Positions 9,380 to 18,510 of a stretch of 64,000 nucleotides of DNA are shown here, piece by piece. The number at the start of each line of letters is the position of its first letter. The stretch's first letter is position 1. The translations under genes were made by a program, and so were the position numbers. Origin of the DNA: Terriglobia bacterium (GTDB lineage Bacteria; Acidobacteriota; Terriglobia; 20CM-2-55-15); the NCBI GenBank assembly GCA_963664115.2, contig CAXWPJ010000009.1, forward strand, positions 576,001 through 640,000. Reading direction: 5' to 3'. The notes under the pieces are model-generated. The model made no database searches, was not told the DNA's origin, and was given only the letters and a program-made list of their open reading frames with translations.

Positions 9380-11068
9380 TCAGACTTCCTGCGTCACTCG
9401 GAGCACTTCGTCCGGGGTTGTCACGCCCGCCAGAACCTTGTTCCAGCCGTCTTCCTTCAATGTGTGCATGCCTGATTTCACGGCACTCGCCCGAAGAACG
9501 TTGGCATCCGGATTGGTCGTAATGACGTCCCGCAATTCCCCACCGACATCGACAAGTTCAAAAATTCCCATCCGGCCTTCATAGCCTGTGTATCCGCAGC
9601 TTTCACATCCGGCACCCCGCTGGATCTCGATTTCGCCGGAGTCGAAAGAAAATCCGGAATCTGCCAAAGCATCTCGAGAAACTGACTCGCTCCTGCGGCA
9701 GTCCTTGCACACGACACGGACCAGGCGCTGAGCTAAAATTCCGATCAATGAGGACGCCAGCAGGTAGTCTTCAACCCCCATGTCGATCAAGCGCGTGATG
9801 GCACTCGGCGCGTCATTGGTATGGAGCGTACTGAAAACCAGATGTCCGGTCAGCGCCGCGCGAATGGCAATCTCCGCCGTCTCCAGATCACGAATCTCTC
9901 CGATCATGATGACGTCAGGGTCCTGCCGCACGATGTGTCGCAATCCCGCGGAAAAGGTCAGGCCAATCTGAGAGTTCACCTGAATCTGGTTGATTCCCTC
10001 CATCTGGTATTCCACTGGATCCTCGATCGTGATGATTTTGCGATCTGGAATGTTGATTCTCTTGAGCGCGCTGTAAAGCGTTGTCGTCTTACCACTACCG
10101 GTCGGACCGGTCACCAGCAAGATGCCGTGAGGCTTGGACGTCATCTCGCATATCTTCGCGTACAGATTTTCCGGAAATCCAATCCGGCGAAGATCGATCA
10201 AGTCCGTGTTCGACTTATCGAGAATCCGCATAACAACGCTTTCGCCGTACATCGTCGGCAGTGTCGACACGCGCAAGTCTATTTCCTTCCCCAGGACTTT
10301 TAGTTTGATACGACCGTCCTGAGGCAATCGGCGCTCTGCAATGTTGAGCTTTGCCATGAGCTTGATGCGCGAAGTGATCGCACCACGCAACTGATTGGGC
10401 GGCGGATCCACGCTATGCAGCACTCCATCGACGCGATAGCGGAGTTGGAGTTCTTTCTCGAAGGGTTCAATGTGGATATCGCTGGCTCGCGATTCCACGG
10501 CTCGAGAGATGATAAGGTTGACCATCCGGATAACAGGGACTTCCGAGGCCAAGTCTTTAAGCTGCTCGACATCGGCCTCGGCCAGAGAATCGCCCAGGGT
10601 TTCGATGAGACGTTCCTCTTCCGGGTCTCCACGATGGAGCCTGTCTAGCTGATCCGTTATCTCACTTTCAGATGACAGATAGATCTTGAGATTGTGACCC
10701 GTGCGCGACTGAATCGCGGCGCAGGTCTCCGAATCGAAGGGATCCGTCATCACAATGGATAACACGCCGGATTCCAGGTGAACGGGCACAACGGAAGACG
10801 CTCGAAGGAAGCGATAGGGCAAGTGGTCTATTTCGATCGGAACCGCTGGGTAATCTCCAGCGAACAAGTCGACACCGCTCTGCTCACTCAATGTGGATAG
10901 AACGTCCCTTTCCGACACAAAGCCAAGATCAACCAATATCTTCCCGATACGATCGCTGCTTCGCGTCTGGAGGGACAGCGCACTGGAAAGGTCTTCTTCT
11001 GAAATCAAGCCCCGATCTCGCAGCAAGTCTCCGAAACGCCGATGCTCCAAGGCAAGTAGTGCTTTCAA
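9380..11068 (-). CDS. gspE: T2SS ATPase
   Basis: ASDIHIEP, GPTGSGKTTT, RQDPDVIMIGEIRD, tetracysteine motif. Confidence 0.95.
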   Translation of the reverse strand: MKALLALEHRRFGDLLRDRGLISEEDLSSALSLQTRSSDRIGKILVDLGFVSERDVLSTLSEQSGVDLFAGDYPAVPIEIDHLPYRFLRASSVVPVHLESGVLSIVMTDPFDSETCAAIQSRTGHNLKIYLSSESEITDQLDRLHRGDPEEERLIETLGDSLAEADVEQLKDLASEVPVIRMVNLIISRAVESRASDIHIEPFEKELQLRYRVDGVLHSVDPPPNQLRGAITSRIKLMAKLNIAERRLPQDGRIKLKVLGKEIDLRVSTLPTMYGESVVMRILDKSNTDLIDLRRIGFPENLYAKICEMTSKPHGILLVTGPTGSGKTTTLYSALKRINIPDRKIITIEDPVEYQMEGINQIQVNSQIGLTFSAGLRHIVRQDPDVIMIGEIRDLETAEIAIRAALTGHLVFSTLHTNDAPSAITRLIDMGVEDYLLASSLIGILAQRLVRVVCKDCRRSESVSRDALADSGFSFDSGEIEIQRGAGCESCGYTGYEGRMGIFELVDVGGELRDVITTNPDANVLRASAVKSGMHTLKEDGWNKVLAGVTTPDEVLRVTQEV

Positions 11069-11071
11069 GGC

Positions 11072-11602
11072 TCAGTATTCCCGCATCACAACGCGATCAG
11101 CGAATGCCGTCTTAGAAATCGCAGCCGATTGCAGATCCGCAGCGTCTTGTTTCGTTACCGACGCGACGATTTGAGTGGGCAGATCCGGCAAGTCCGCTGG
11201 ATTCGTGTTCAGCATATAGATGACAACGGCAACCCTTTCATCCGAAGGCATGCTTCTGATCCCGGGCACGTACTCTCCGAGCAAGTCCACTGTGGCTTCC
11301 TTGAGCGCTAGACGGCGCTCATTGCTGGAGCGGCGAATTTCTTCCGGTGACCGCATCCCTGTGAAAGGGTTCCGGGGTAGCGCTAACGCCACCTCGATAG
11401 TCACAACCAGACCGTAGCCCTCCAGATACGTTGATTTCGCCCTCTGCAACATTGGTCCGGGTACGATGCCCGCAACGCGTTCGTCAATCGCAGCCGTGAT
11501 AGCGGCTCTCTCCTCGACTGATGGGCCGACTTGGCCAAGCAGCGCGGCGGGAAGGAATGCGGCAAAGAAGAAAATCGTTAAGAACAAGTGGGAACGGAAC
11601 AT
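11072..11602 (-). CDS. Exported hypothetical protein
   Basis: Signal-peptide-like N-terminus; translationally coupled to the anti-sigma gene. Confidence 0.6.
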   Translation of the reverse strand: MFRSHLFLTIFFFAAFLPAALLGQVGPSVEERAAITAAIDERVAGIVPGPMLQRAKSTYLEGYGLVVTIEVALALPRNPFTGMRSPEEIRRSSNERRLALKEATVDLLGEYVPGIRSMPSDERVAVVIYMLNTNPADLPDLPTQIVASVTKQDAADLQSAAISKTAFADRVVMREY

Positions 11603-11603
11603 G

Positions 11604-12260
11604 CTACTCCCTCCCGGTCTGGGCGGCGAGAAGTTGAATTGAAGACGCGTTTTCGTAGGCGACTCTCCGCGCCGAACGTTGCAATTCAGAAAAATACTGA
11701 AGTTCCGCACGCAACCTTTGGATCTCTTGATTACCTGCGACCTCAAGCTTCAAAACGGCCTGATCGATTTCCGCCCGAAGCCATCCTTCTTCTTCCTCGC
11801 GGATGCGGTCCACGATCTGAGCGTAATCCAGGCTTGCGTAATCGATGGTTGGAGATACAGAAACCTCGGCAAGAACAGCTTGGAGTTCAGCCGTCTGTGT
11901 GGGCTCGCTCACAGGACCCAGACCAATCACAAAACCGGAATCAAGCCGTTCGAAACGCAGGGGGCCACCCAGCACGACTGCCAGTACGAGCGCCACGGCA
12001 ATGGCGGAAGGAATTGCCCATCGTAATGGAGCCCAGTTCGTTTTCGCTCGGGTTTCCGATGGAAGGAAAACCATTCGCCGTGGAACGTCCACATCGGGCA
12101 ACTGCTCAAGCGAGTGTTGAACCTTTCGAAATCCGGCCACGCGTCCCTGGCACTCCAAACACTGAGCCACATGTTGACGGGCCGCTTCCATTTCCGGCCC
12201 CGTCAAATCTTCAAACACAAACTCCGCAAGCTGGTCTTCTAAATGCGACATTTGAATCAC
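11604..12260 (-). CDS. Membrane anti-sigma factor (zf-HC2)
   Basis: HVAQCLEC (HxxxCxxC) plus TM segment, directly after the ECF sigma gene. Confidence 0.8.
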   Translation of the reverse strand: MIQMSHLEDQLAEFVFEDLTGPEMEAARQHVAQCLECQGRVAGFRKVQHSLEQLPDVDVPRRMVFLPSETRAKTNWAPLRWAIPSAIAVALVLAVVLGGPLRFERLDSGFVIGLGPVSEPTQTAELQAVLAEVSVSPTIDYASLDYAQIVDRIREEEEGWLRAEIDQAVLKLEVAGNQEIQRLRAELQYFSELQRSARRVAYENASSIQLLAAQTGRE

Positions 12261-12811
12261 CTATTTGCTTTCCCTCGATCGATCACTTGTTCACCTAAAA
12301 CTGATTTCAGCTTGTCGAAACTCATGTAGAGCCTCGACTTCACGGTCGAAACCGGCGCATCCTGAACAGCCGCTATTTCATCAAACCTGAGGCCCTGGTA
12401 GACCTTCAGGACCACGACTTCTTTCTGATCGTCAGGCAGCTGGGAGAGGGCCTTCTCCACAGCCAGCCGATTCTCGATCGGCATGCGGGATGCCCCCACA
12501 TTCGGGTCCAACTCAACAAAGGTCTTCCCCTGGTCCTTCCGGAATCTCGAATAACACACGTTGTGGGCGATCCGGTACAGCCAGGACGAAAAACGGTCCC
12601 GGTCCTTCAGGTTTCCGAGTTCGCGATAGGCCTTCAGAAAACTCTCCTGACATAAGTCCAGAGCGTCGTCCCGATTGCCAACCATCCGATAGATATAGTT
12701 GTAGATCGGCTTCTCCCACTGCCACACTAGGAGGTTGAAAGCGTTGGTATCGCCGTCGAGGACTCGATCGATGATCCGCGAATCGTCGGCACTCTCTAAA
12801 TTCAAAGCCAA
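12257..12811 (-). CDS. ECF RNA polymerase sigma factor
   Basis: DALDLCQESFLKAY, FSSWLYRIAHN, STVKSRL. Confidence 0.92.
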   Translation of the reverse strand: MALNLESADDSRIIDRVLDGDTNAFNLLVWQWEKPIYNYIYRMVGNRDDALDLCQESFLKAYRELGNLKDRDRFSSWLYRIAHNVCYSRFRKDQGKTFVELDPNVGASRMPIENRLAVEKALSQLPDDQKEVVVLKVYQGLRFDEIAAVQDAPVSTVKSRLYMSFDKLKSVLGEQVIDRGKANR

Positions 12812-12960
12812 ACTCGGGCCTCACACTCTAAAAAGACGCGTTACGGTGTTAAAAAGTCGAATCCATATCCGGGTTCGTCGCGGACACCCGTCAATTAGAG
12901 ACAACGGCGGAAAGCATGTCGTTTGAAATTATAGGCTTAGAAGGTCGATTGCGGTCCCGG

Positions 12961-15285
12961 TTAAAGACGAATTCCGAAGTCTTCGCGGTCGCGCGTCAGA
13001 TTGGGGTTGTAGTAGGGATCCTCAAGCAAGGCATTTCCCCAACGCGTTTTCATAAAAGCCACTGCCTCCGCATCCGGAATGTCCCGAGAGGCCGCCTCGT
13101 GCTGATACAACTGGGCATGCGGCGTCCAGACGATACGAAACCCCTGCCCCCTGACACGAAGACAAAAATCCAGATCGTCAAAGCGTTCAGGAACTGCTTC
13201 GTCGAAACCACCGACCCGGTCAAACACATCGCGCCGTACCATCATGCAGGAGCCGGCAACGGCCGAACAGTTGCGGACGTCGGTGACCCACCCGAAGTGG
13301 TAGCCCGTGTCGGCGGGAAACCCCCTCAAGGTATCTCCGGCAAGAGCGTCCGCGCCAAGTCCGACGATAGTCCCCGCATGCCGTATCCTTCCAGCCGTTG
13401 ACAGGAGCTTCGCACCGACCACACCAATCTCGGGCTGCTTCGAGAACTCAAGCATGGCTTCCAGCCACGCAGGGGTGATCACCTCTATACTCGAGTCCAC
13501 GAAGAGGAGATAGGGACTATCGGTTGCCCGCGCGGCCAGGTTCTTCAGTCGTGACGGAACCGTCCCCAACGGTGAACGCAACACGCGCTCGCTACAGTTG
13601 GCAAGATACGACCGGGTCTCGGCTGTTCCGCCTTCGTGCGACGAGATCACGATCTCATGACTTGAATGTGTCGTCCGTCTCCCGACACTCTCAACACATC
13701 TCCTCACACCACTCGACCGATGTCCGGTAGAAACGACAACGGAAACCGAAGACCTGGGATCGACGTCGTGCCGCACCCTGTAGTGCCCCGGCCCGTAGCC
13801 ATCCAACAACTCACCTTTCATGTCCCGCCGTTTGAGCTGGTCAGCCAACGCTTTCTTCGCGGCCGTGTACGCGTAGAGCTTCGCGCCTGTCGAACCGGCC
13901 GCGGAACCGGCGGCTTTACGCCAGTGATAGAGAATCTTCGGTATGTGAAAGACGTTTCCTGTCCCCTCGGCGACACGGAGCATCAGATCATAGTCCTGAC
14001 TTCCGTCACAAGCGCTTCGAAAACCTCCGATCTTGTCGATCAACTCTTTCCGATAGACGCTGAAGTGGCATGTGTACATGCACGAAAGCAAGTACTCCGG
14101 TGACCAGTCGGGCTTAAAGAAGGGTTCGCTACGGAGGCCTTCAGACTCCAGTTTGTCCTCATCGGAATAAATAACGTCCGCCTTCCGGTGACGCTGGAGT
14201 AGCTTGACAACCTCATATAGCGCATCTGGAGCGAGTTCGTCGTCGTGGTCGAGTAAGCCGGCGAATTCACCGGTGGCCATCGCCAAAGCCCGGTTCGAAG
14301 CGTGCGAGGTACCGTGGTTACTTTCCGAAAACACGACTTTGATTCGTCGATCCAGCTGGGAATACTGCCTGAGCATGGACCCGACGTGGCCTTGGGTTGA
14401 GGCGTCGTCGGCCAGACACAGCTCCCAATGCGGATACAACTGGTTGCGCACTGATTCGATGCATTTGCGTAGCCATCGGGGATCGGTATTGTAAACGGGG
14501 GTGATGAGGCTGATCGTCGGGACATAGGAAAAGCTTCTGATGCGTCGGGGTATCTCTCGAAGGTCCTCCGGTTTCAGACCGTGTTTCTCGATCCAGAGTT
14601 GATACACACCTTCTTGCTCGTGAAGTACCAGTTGGCCTTTCATCGCAACGACAAAGACCTGCCGCAAGCCAGACGATCCTAACTTCCGAATATGCGCGAT
14701 CAATCGCGAAACCTGGGGGCCAAGGCTGCGTCTGTTCAGGAGCCGAGGCCTGTTCCAGATTGTCTCAGCCCCCTCACCGCCGCCTTTGGGAGCCAGCACC
14801 CGCAATTCGAGCGTTATCGCACGCCCAGCGTACTCGCCAAGATCAATGGACAGGCTAATCGGTCGAGAGGGCACTCGGCGCACGGACACCGACAGAACAC
14901 CCTGCCAAACCACTCGCGACCTGCCCTCATCAGTCACCGCCACGACAGTTTCCACTGCGTGCTCCTCGGGCTTCCCGATATGGGCGTAAGCTAAACGGGC
15001 TTGGAAACGTGGACGGTCACCGAGGTTCAATTCAAAGCGCAATCGAGCGTCAGGAGGGATGAGTATTCCGTAATCGTCATGAATTTCCGGATTGGCGACG
15101 ACGCGAATAGCTTCGGCGGATCCCGAGCCCCTAGCTTCCTTATCCGCGCCCTCGAATAAATACGTCAGAGGAAGTTGATCGTAGGCAAGACGTTCGTAAA
15201 TCGACGTCCAGACCGCGACGACCGATCGCGCCCACATGTAGAACGATTGGCGTTTCATGTTCGGACGACTTGTCGATCGCCACAA
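12961..15285 (-). CDS. Tandem GT2 glycosyltransferase (O-antigen/rhamnosyl type) with N-terminal beta domain; start uncertain
   Basis: ISLITPVYNT, DDAST, LDHDDEL, YSDEDK; second GT2 domain ending DPYYNPNL. Confidence 0.88.
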   Translation of the reverse strand: MWRSTSRPNMKRQSFYMWARSVVAVWTSIYERLAYDQLPLTYLFEGADKEARGSGSAEAIRVVANPEIHDDYGILIPPDARLRFELNLGDRPRFQARLAYAHIGKPEEHAVETVVAVTDEGRSRVVWQGVLSVSVRRVPSRPISLSIDLGEYAGRAITLELRVLAPKGGGEGAETIWNRPRLLNRRSLGPQVSRLIAHIRKLGSSGLRQVFVVAMKGQLVLHEQEGVYQLWIEKHGLKPEDLREIPRRIRSFSYVPTISLITPVYNTDPRWLRKCIESVRNQLYPHWELCLADDASTQGHVGSMLRQYSQLDRRIKVVFSESNHGTSHASNRALAMATGEFAGLLDHDDELAPDALYEVVKLLQRHRKADVIYSDEDKLESEGLRSEPFFKPDWSPEYLLSCMYTCHFSVYRKELIDKIGGFRSACDGSQDYDLMLRVAEGTGNVFHIPKILYHWRKAAGSAAGSTGAKLYAYTAAKKALADQLKRRDMKGELLDGYGPGHYRVRHDVDPRSSVSVVVSTGHRSSGVRRCVESVGRRTTHSSHEIVISSHEGGTAETRSYLANCSERVLRSPLGTVPSRLKNLAARATDSPYLLFVDSSIEVITPAWLEAMLEFSKQPEIGVVGAKLLSTAGRIRHAGTIVGLGADALAGDTLRGFPADTGYHFGWVTDVRNCSAVAGSCMMVRRDVFDRVGGFDEAVPERFDDLDFCLRVRGQGFRIVWTPHAQLYQHEAASRDIPDAEAVAFMKTRWGNALLEDPYYNPNLTRDREDFGIRL

Positions 15286-15288
15286 GAC

Positions 15289-16218
15289 TTATTCGACTCG
15301 GCTCCTCGGATCAACATCCAGCCCCATATCGTCAGAAGCCGCAACGCCAACGCTGCGGATGGAAGAACCGTGCTTCTCGAAAAGGTAATCGGCCAAGCCT
15401 CTTTTCCAGTGCCGCATCCGATTGAGACCCAAAGCGTTCAGGCGCGCGTTGTCCAGAACGGAGTACGCGGGGCGGCGGGCCGGTGTCTGGTAGACGCTCC
15501 CGTTGGTCGGTTCCAATTGCACATCCAGACCACTCAACTCAAAGATCGCTCGGGCGAATTCATACCAGGTACAACACCCTTCTGCAGTGCAGTGAAACAG
15601 CCCATATTGATCGGCCTCGAGCAGGAGGGCCACTTGCTCGGCCAGATCGGCCGTCGGCGTGGGCGTCACAAGCTGGTCATCAACAACTCGAATGGCCTCC
15701 CCCGCTTTCGCTTTACGAAGCATGGTTTCCACGAAATTACCACCCTTGCCCGAATTACCTGCCATCCCGTACAGGCCACACGTTCGAATGACGATGTGTT
15801 TATCGCACTCGGAACGGACGCAATATTCCCCAGCCAACTTGGAGTTTGCGTAGACCGAGATCGGGCGAGGTATGGCTTCCTCCGAGTACGGTTCAACGGA
15901 ATCTCCATCGAAAACGTAGTCCGAGCTGATGTGGACGAGCCGTGCCCCGAGTATTTTGGCAAGACAGGCGAGGTGGAAAACTGCAATTGCGTTGACGCCG
16001 AAAGCGTCACCGGGCTCTGATTCACAGAGGTCGACTTTATGAAACGCTGTCGTGTTGATGATCGCGTCAGGGCTCGAAGCGCTTAGGTGTTCCCGGGCGG
16101 CTTCATGATCAGTGACGTCAAAATCGGATCGCGTAAACCCGATGAGATCATGGTCCGATAGCGCACGTTTCAGATCGAACGCGAGCTGGCCGTTCGCTCC
16201 GAGCAAGGCAATCTTCAT
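15289..16218 (-). CDS. rmlD: dTDP-4-dehydrorhamnose reductase
   Basis: GANGQL, HISSDYVFDG, YANSKLAGE, RPAYSVL. Confidence 0.93.
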   Translation of the reverse strand: MKIALLGANGQLAFDLKRALSDHDLIGFTRSDFDVTDHEAAREHLSASSPDAIINTTAFHKVDLCESEPGDAFGVNAIAVFHLACLAKILGARLVHISSDYVFDGDSVEPYSEEAIPRPISVYANSKLAGEYCVRSECDKHIVIRTCGLYGMAGNSGKGGNFVETMLRKAKAGEAIRVVDDQLVTPTPTADLAEQVALLLEADQYGLFHCTAEGCCTWYEFARAIFELSGLDVQLEPTNGSVYQTPARRPAYSVLDNARLNALGLNRMRHWKRGLADYLFEKHGSSIRSVGVAASDDMGLDVDPRSRVE

Positions 16219-16239
16219 AGCGAAAAGAGAGTGAATCCG

Positions 16240-17271
16240 TTAATCACAGCCGAAAACCGAACCAACTCGACGCAGCGTCTTTTCCATTCGGTCAAGTTGA
16301 GTCATCCACTGGATATTGTAGTAGATGGGATTCATGAAATCATTTTTCGAATGGCTTTCGATTCGGCGGACCATGTCCACGACCGAATCCTTGACGGACG
16401 AACGCGCACGGAAACCCAGGCTGGCCTCGATCTTGTCCGTCGAGACCCGGTAACTGCGCCCCTTCAAGGGCGTGTAGTCGACGTCGATCTCTACGTCCCG
16501 AATGTCTGACAGCGCTTCCTTAACCCAGTGCGCCAGTTCCAGAATCCGGTAGTTCCTGTACGACACATTGAAGGTTTCGCTATGCACCTTATCTTCCGGG
16601 GCCTCAACCCCGCAGATGTGGGCTTCGGCCACATCGAAAACATCAACCAGGGGGCGCCACGTTTCCCCGCCACCGAAAACCGTCAGACGCCCCTTCGATA
16701 AAGCGTCTTTGACAAAGGTATTGACGACAAGGTCGTAGCGCATCCGCGGGCTGTAGCCAAACACCGTACCCTGGCGAAAGATCACGGGACAGAACGACTC
16801 ATCGGCCAGCCGAAGAAGGATTCTCTCTGCATCGTAGTTGGAGACGGCGTAAGCCGCTCGTGGTGAAACTTTCGCTGTTTCATCGACGAGGACGTCGTCA
16901 GCCATCAGGCCACGGTCATAGACAGAGCACGTGGACGCGAAGGTGAATCGGCGCACACCCGCTCTCTTGGAAAGTTTTGCAATCCGTTCAGTCGCGATGG
17001 TGTTGATTTCGTAGTTCGCGCGTGGATTGTATTCCGCAGTCGGGTCGTTCGAGAGCCCCGCAAGATGGATCACCGCATCGATCCCTGAAAAGGCTTCTGC
17101 ATCGATTGAGCGAACGTCGCCTTCGATCACATCTATTCTGTCTCGGAATTCGGATAGAGGGTCTTCACCGAAGAAAAGCTTGTCGAACACCCGAACCGTT
17201 TCGCCCCGCTCCAGCAACTCGCGAACAAGAACGCAGCCGATATATCCCGCACCTCCGGTAACCAGAATCAT
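16240..17271 (-). CDS. NAD-dependent nucleotide-sugar epimerase/dehydratase
   Basis: TGGAGYIG, HLAGLSNDP, SPRMRYDLVVN; catalytic YxxxK reads YAVSN. Confidence 0.88.
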   Translation of the reverse strand: MILVTGGAGYIGCVLVRELLERGETVRVFDKLFFGEDPLSEFRDRIDVIEGDVRSIDAEAFSGIDAVIHLAGLSNDPTAEYNPRANYEINTIATERIAKLSKRAGVRRFTFASTCSVYDRGLMADDVLVDETAKVSPRAAYAVSNYDAERILLRLADESFCPVIFRQGTVFGYSPRMRYDLVVNTFVKDALSKGRLTVFGGGETWRPLVDVFDVAEAHICGVEAPEDKVHSETFNVSYRNYRILELAHWVKEALSDIRDVEIDVDYTPLKGRSYRVSTDKIEASLGFRARSSVKDSVVDMVRRIESHSKNDFMNPIYYNIQWMTQLDRMEKTLRRVGSVFGCD

Positions 17272-17385
17272 GCTGAAGTACCTTTCACAACGGAAATGCA
17301 ACCACCATGCAGCGTTTCAAAGCCATTGATAATAGCATCGATACCAACGCACTACCCATTGAGTATGTTAAAAGTGGAGGCCCTG

Positions 17386-18000
17386 ATGGGCGTGCGTTTC
17401 ATGTCTCGGCTGGCGTTCTCGGTGCGACGGCTCTACGATTGGGTGATCGGCTGGGCCGACAGTCCGTACAGCCAATGGGCCCTGTTCGGCATCGCATTTG
17501 CGGAATCGTCCTTCTTTCCCATACCACCCGATATTCTCCTCATCGCTCTCGGCGTTGCACTCCCCCTCAGAGCACTCCGTTACGCCCTGATATGCAGCCT
17601 GGGGTCGGTGATTGGTGGCATTTTCGGATATTGGATCGGATACGAATTCTTCGGGATCATTGGCGAGCCCATCGTCCGGTTTTACGCCGCAGAAGACCAA
17701 TATGTCAGGGTGCAGGAATTATATCGCCAGTATGACGCCTTCGCCGTGGCTATAGCAGGTCTCACCCCCATTCCGTACAAGGTCGCAACGATCACAGCCG
17801 GATTCTTCGAGGTCAACTTCGGACGTTTCGTGCTGGCGTCCGCTGTGAGTCGATCCCTTCGCTTTTTCGTGATTGGCGGCCTGATTCGCGTTTTCGGGGC
17901 TCCGATCCGGGCATTCATCGAAAAATATTTTGAGATTTTGATCATAATATTCCTTATCCTATTGGTCGCCGGCTTCGCAGTAGTTCGGTTATTTTTTTAA
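17386..18000 (+). CDS. yqaA: YqaA/DedA (VTT domain) membrane protein
   Basis: FAESSFFPIPPD and TPIPYKV motifs; GGAGG at 17376. Confidence 0.85.
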   Translation: MGVRFMSRLAFSVRRLYDWVIGWADSPYSQWALFGIAFAESSFFPIPPDILLIALGVALPLRALRYALICSLGSVIGGIFGYWIGYEFFGIIGEPIVRFYAAEDQYVRVQELYRQYDAFAVAIAGLTPIPYKVATITAGFFEVNFGRFVLASAVSRSLRFFVIGGLIRVFGAPIRAFIEKYFEILIIIFLILLVAGFAVVRLFF

Positions 18001-18016
18001 GAAAGAGGAGAATTGA

Positions 18017-18496
18017 ATGCCCAATCCAACCAACGAGCTGAAGGTCGGCGATGAAGCGCCGGACTTCACTCTCCCATCGCATCTCGACTCCGAGATGACA
18101 TTGTCCAGTTTCAGGGGCAAGAAGAACGTGGTCATGGCCTTTTACCCGGTCGCGTTCACACCCGTGTGAACGCTGCAGATACCGGCGTATGAGGAAGATC
18201 TTTCCGAATTCGACCGGTCCGATACCCAGGTCCTGGGTATTAGCATCGACTCGACATATTCCAACAAGGCGTGGGCCGAATCACTGGGTGGAATCTCCTA
18301 TCCCTTGCTGAGCGACTTCTGGCCTCACGGAATGGTCGCATTGAAATATAACGTCCTTCGAAAGGAAGGCATCACCGAGCGTGCGATCTTCATAATCGAC
18401 AAGAAAGGCATCGTGCGCTATATCGACGTTCACGACATCGGCGACCAACCCAAGAATTCAGTTCTTTTCGAAGAACTGAATAAGATCGCGGGTTAA
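18017..18496 (+). CDS. AhpE-type peroxiredoxin, probable selenoprotein (TGA=Sec at 18167-18169, codon 51), 159 aa
   Basis: GAGGAG RBS; [10 protein letters not shown]...[17 protein letters not shown]...LLSDFWPHG...[11 protein letters not shown]; TGA sits exactly at the peroxidatic Cys of PxxxTxxC and the frame continues. Confidence 0.88.
18181..18218 (+). promoter_or_regulatory. Candidate bacterial SECIS for the peroxiredoxin
   Basis: Hand-folded: ACCGG/CCGGT outer stem starts 11 nt after TGA; apical GGAA[GATCT]TTCC with G first in the loop. Confidence 0.5.
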
Positions 18497-18510
18497 GGAA
18501 TCCGACCGGC

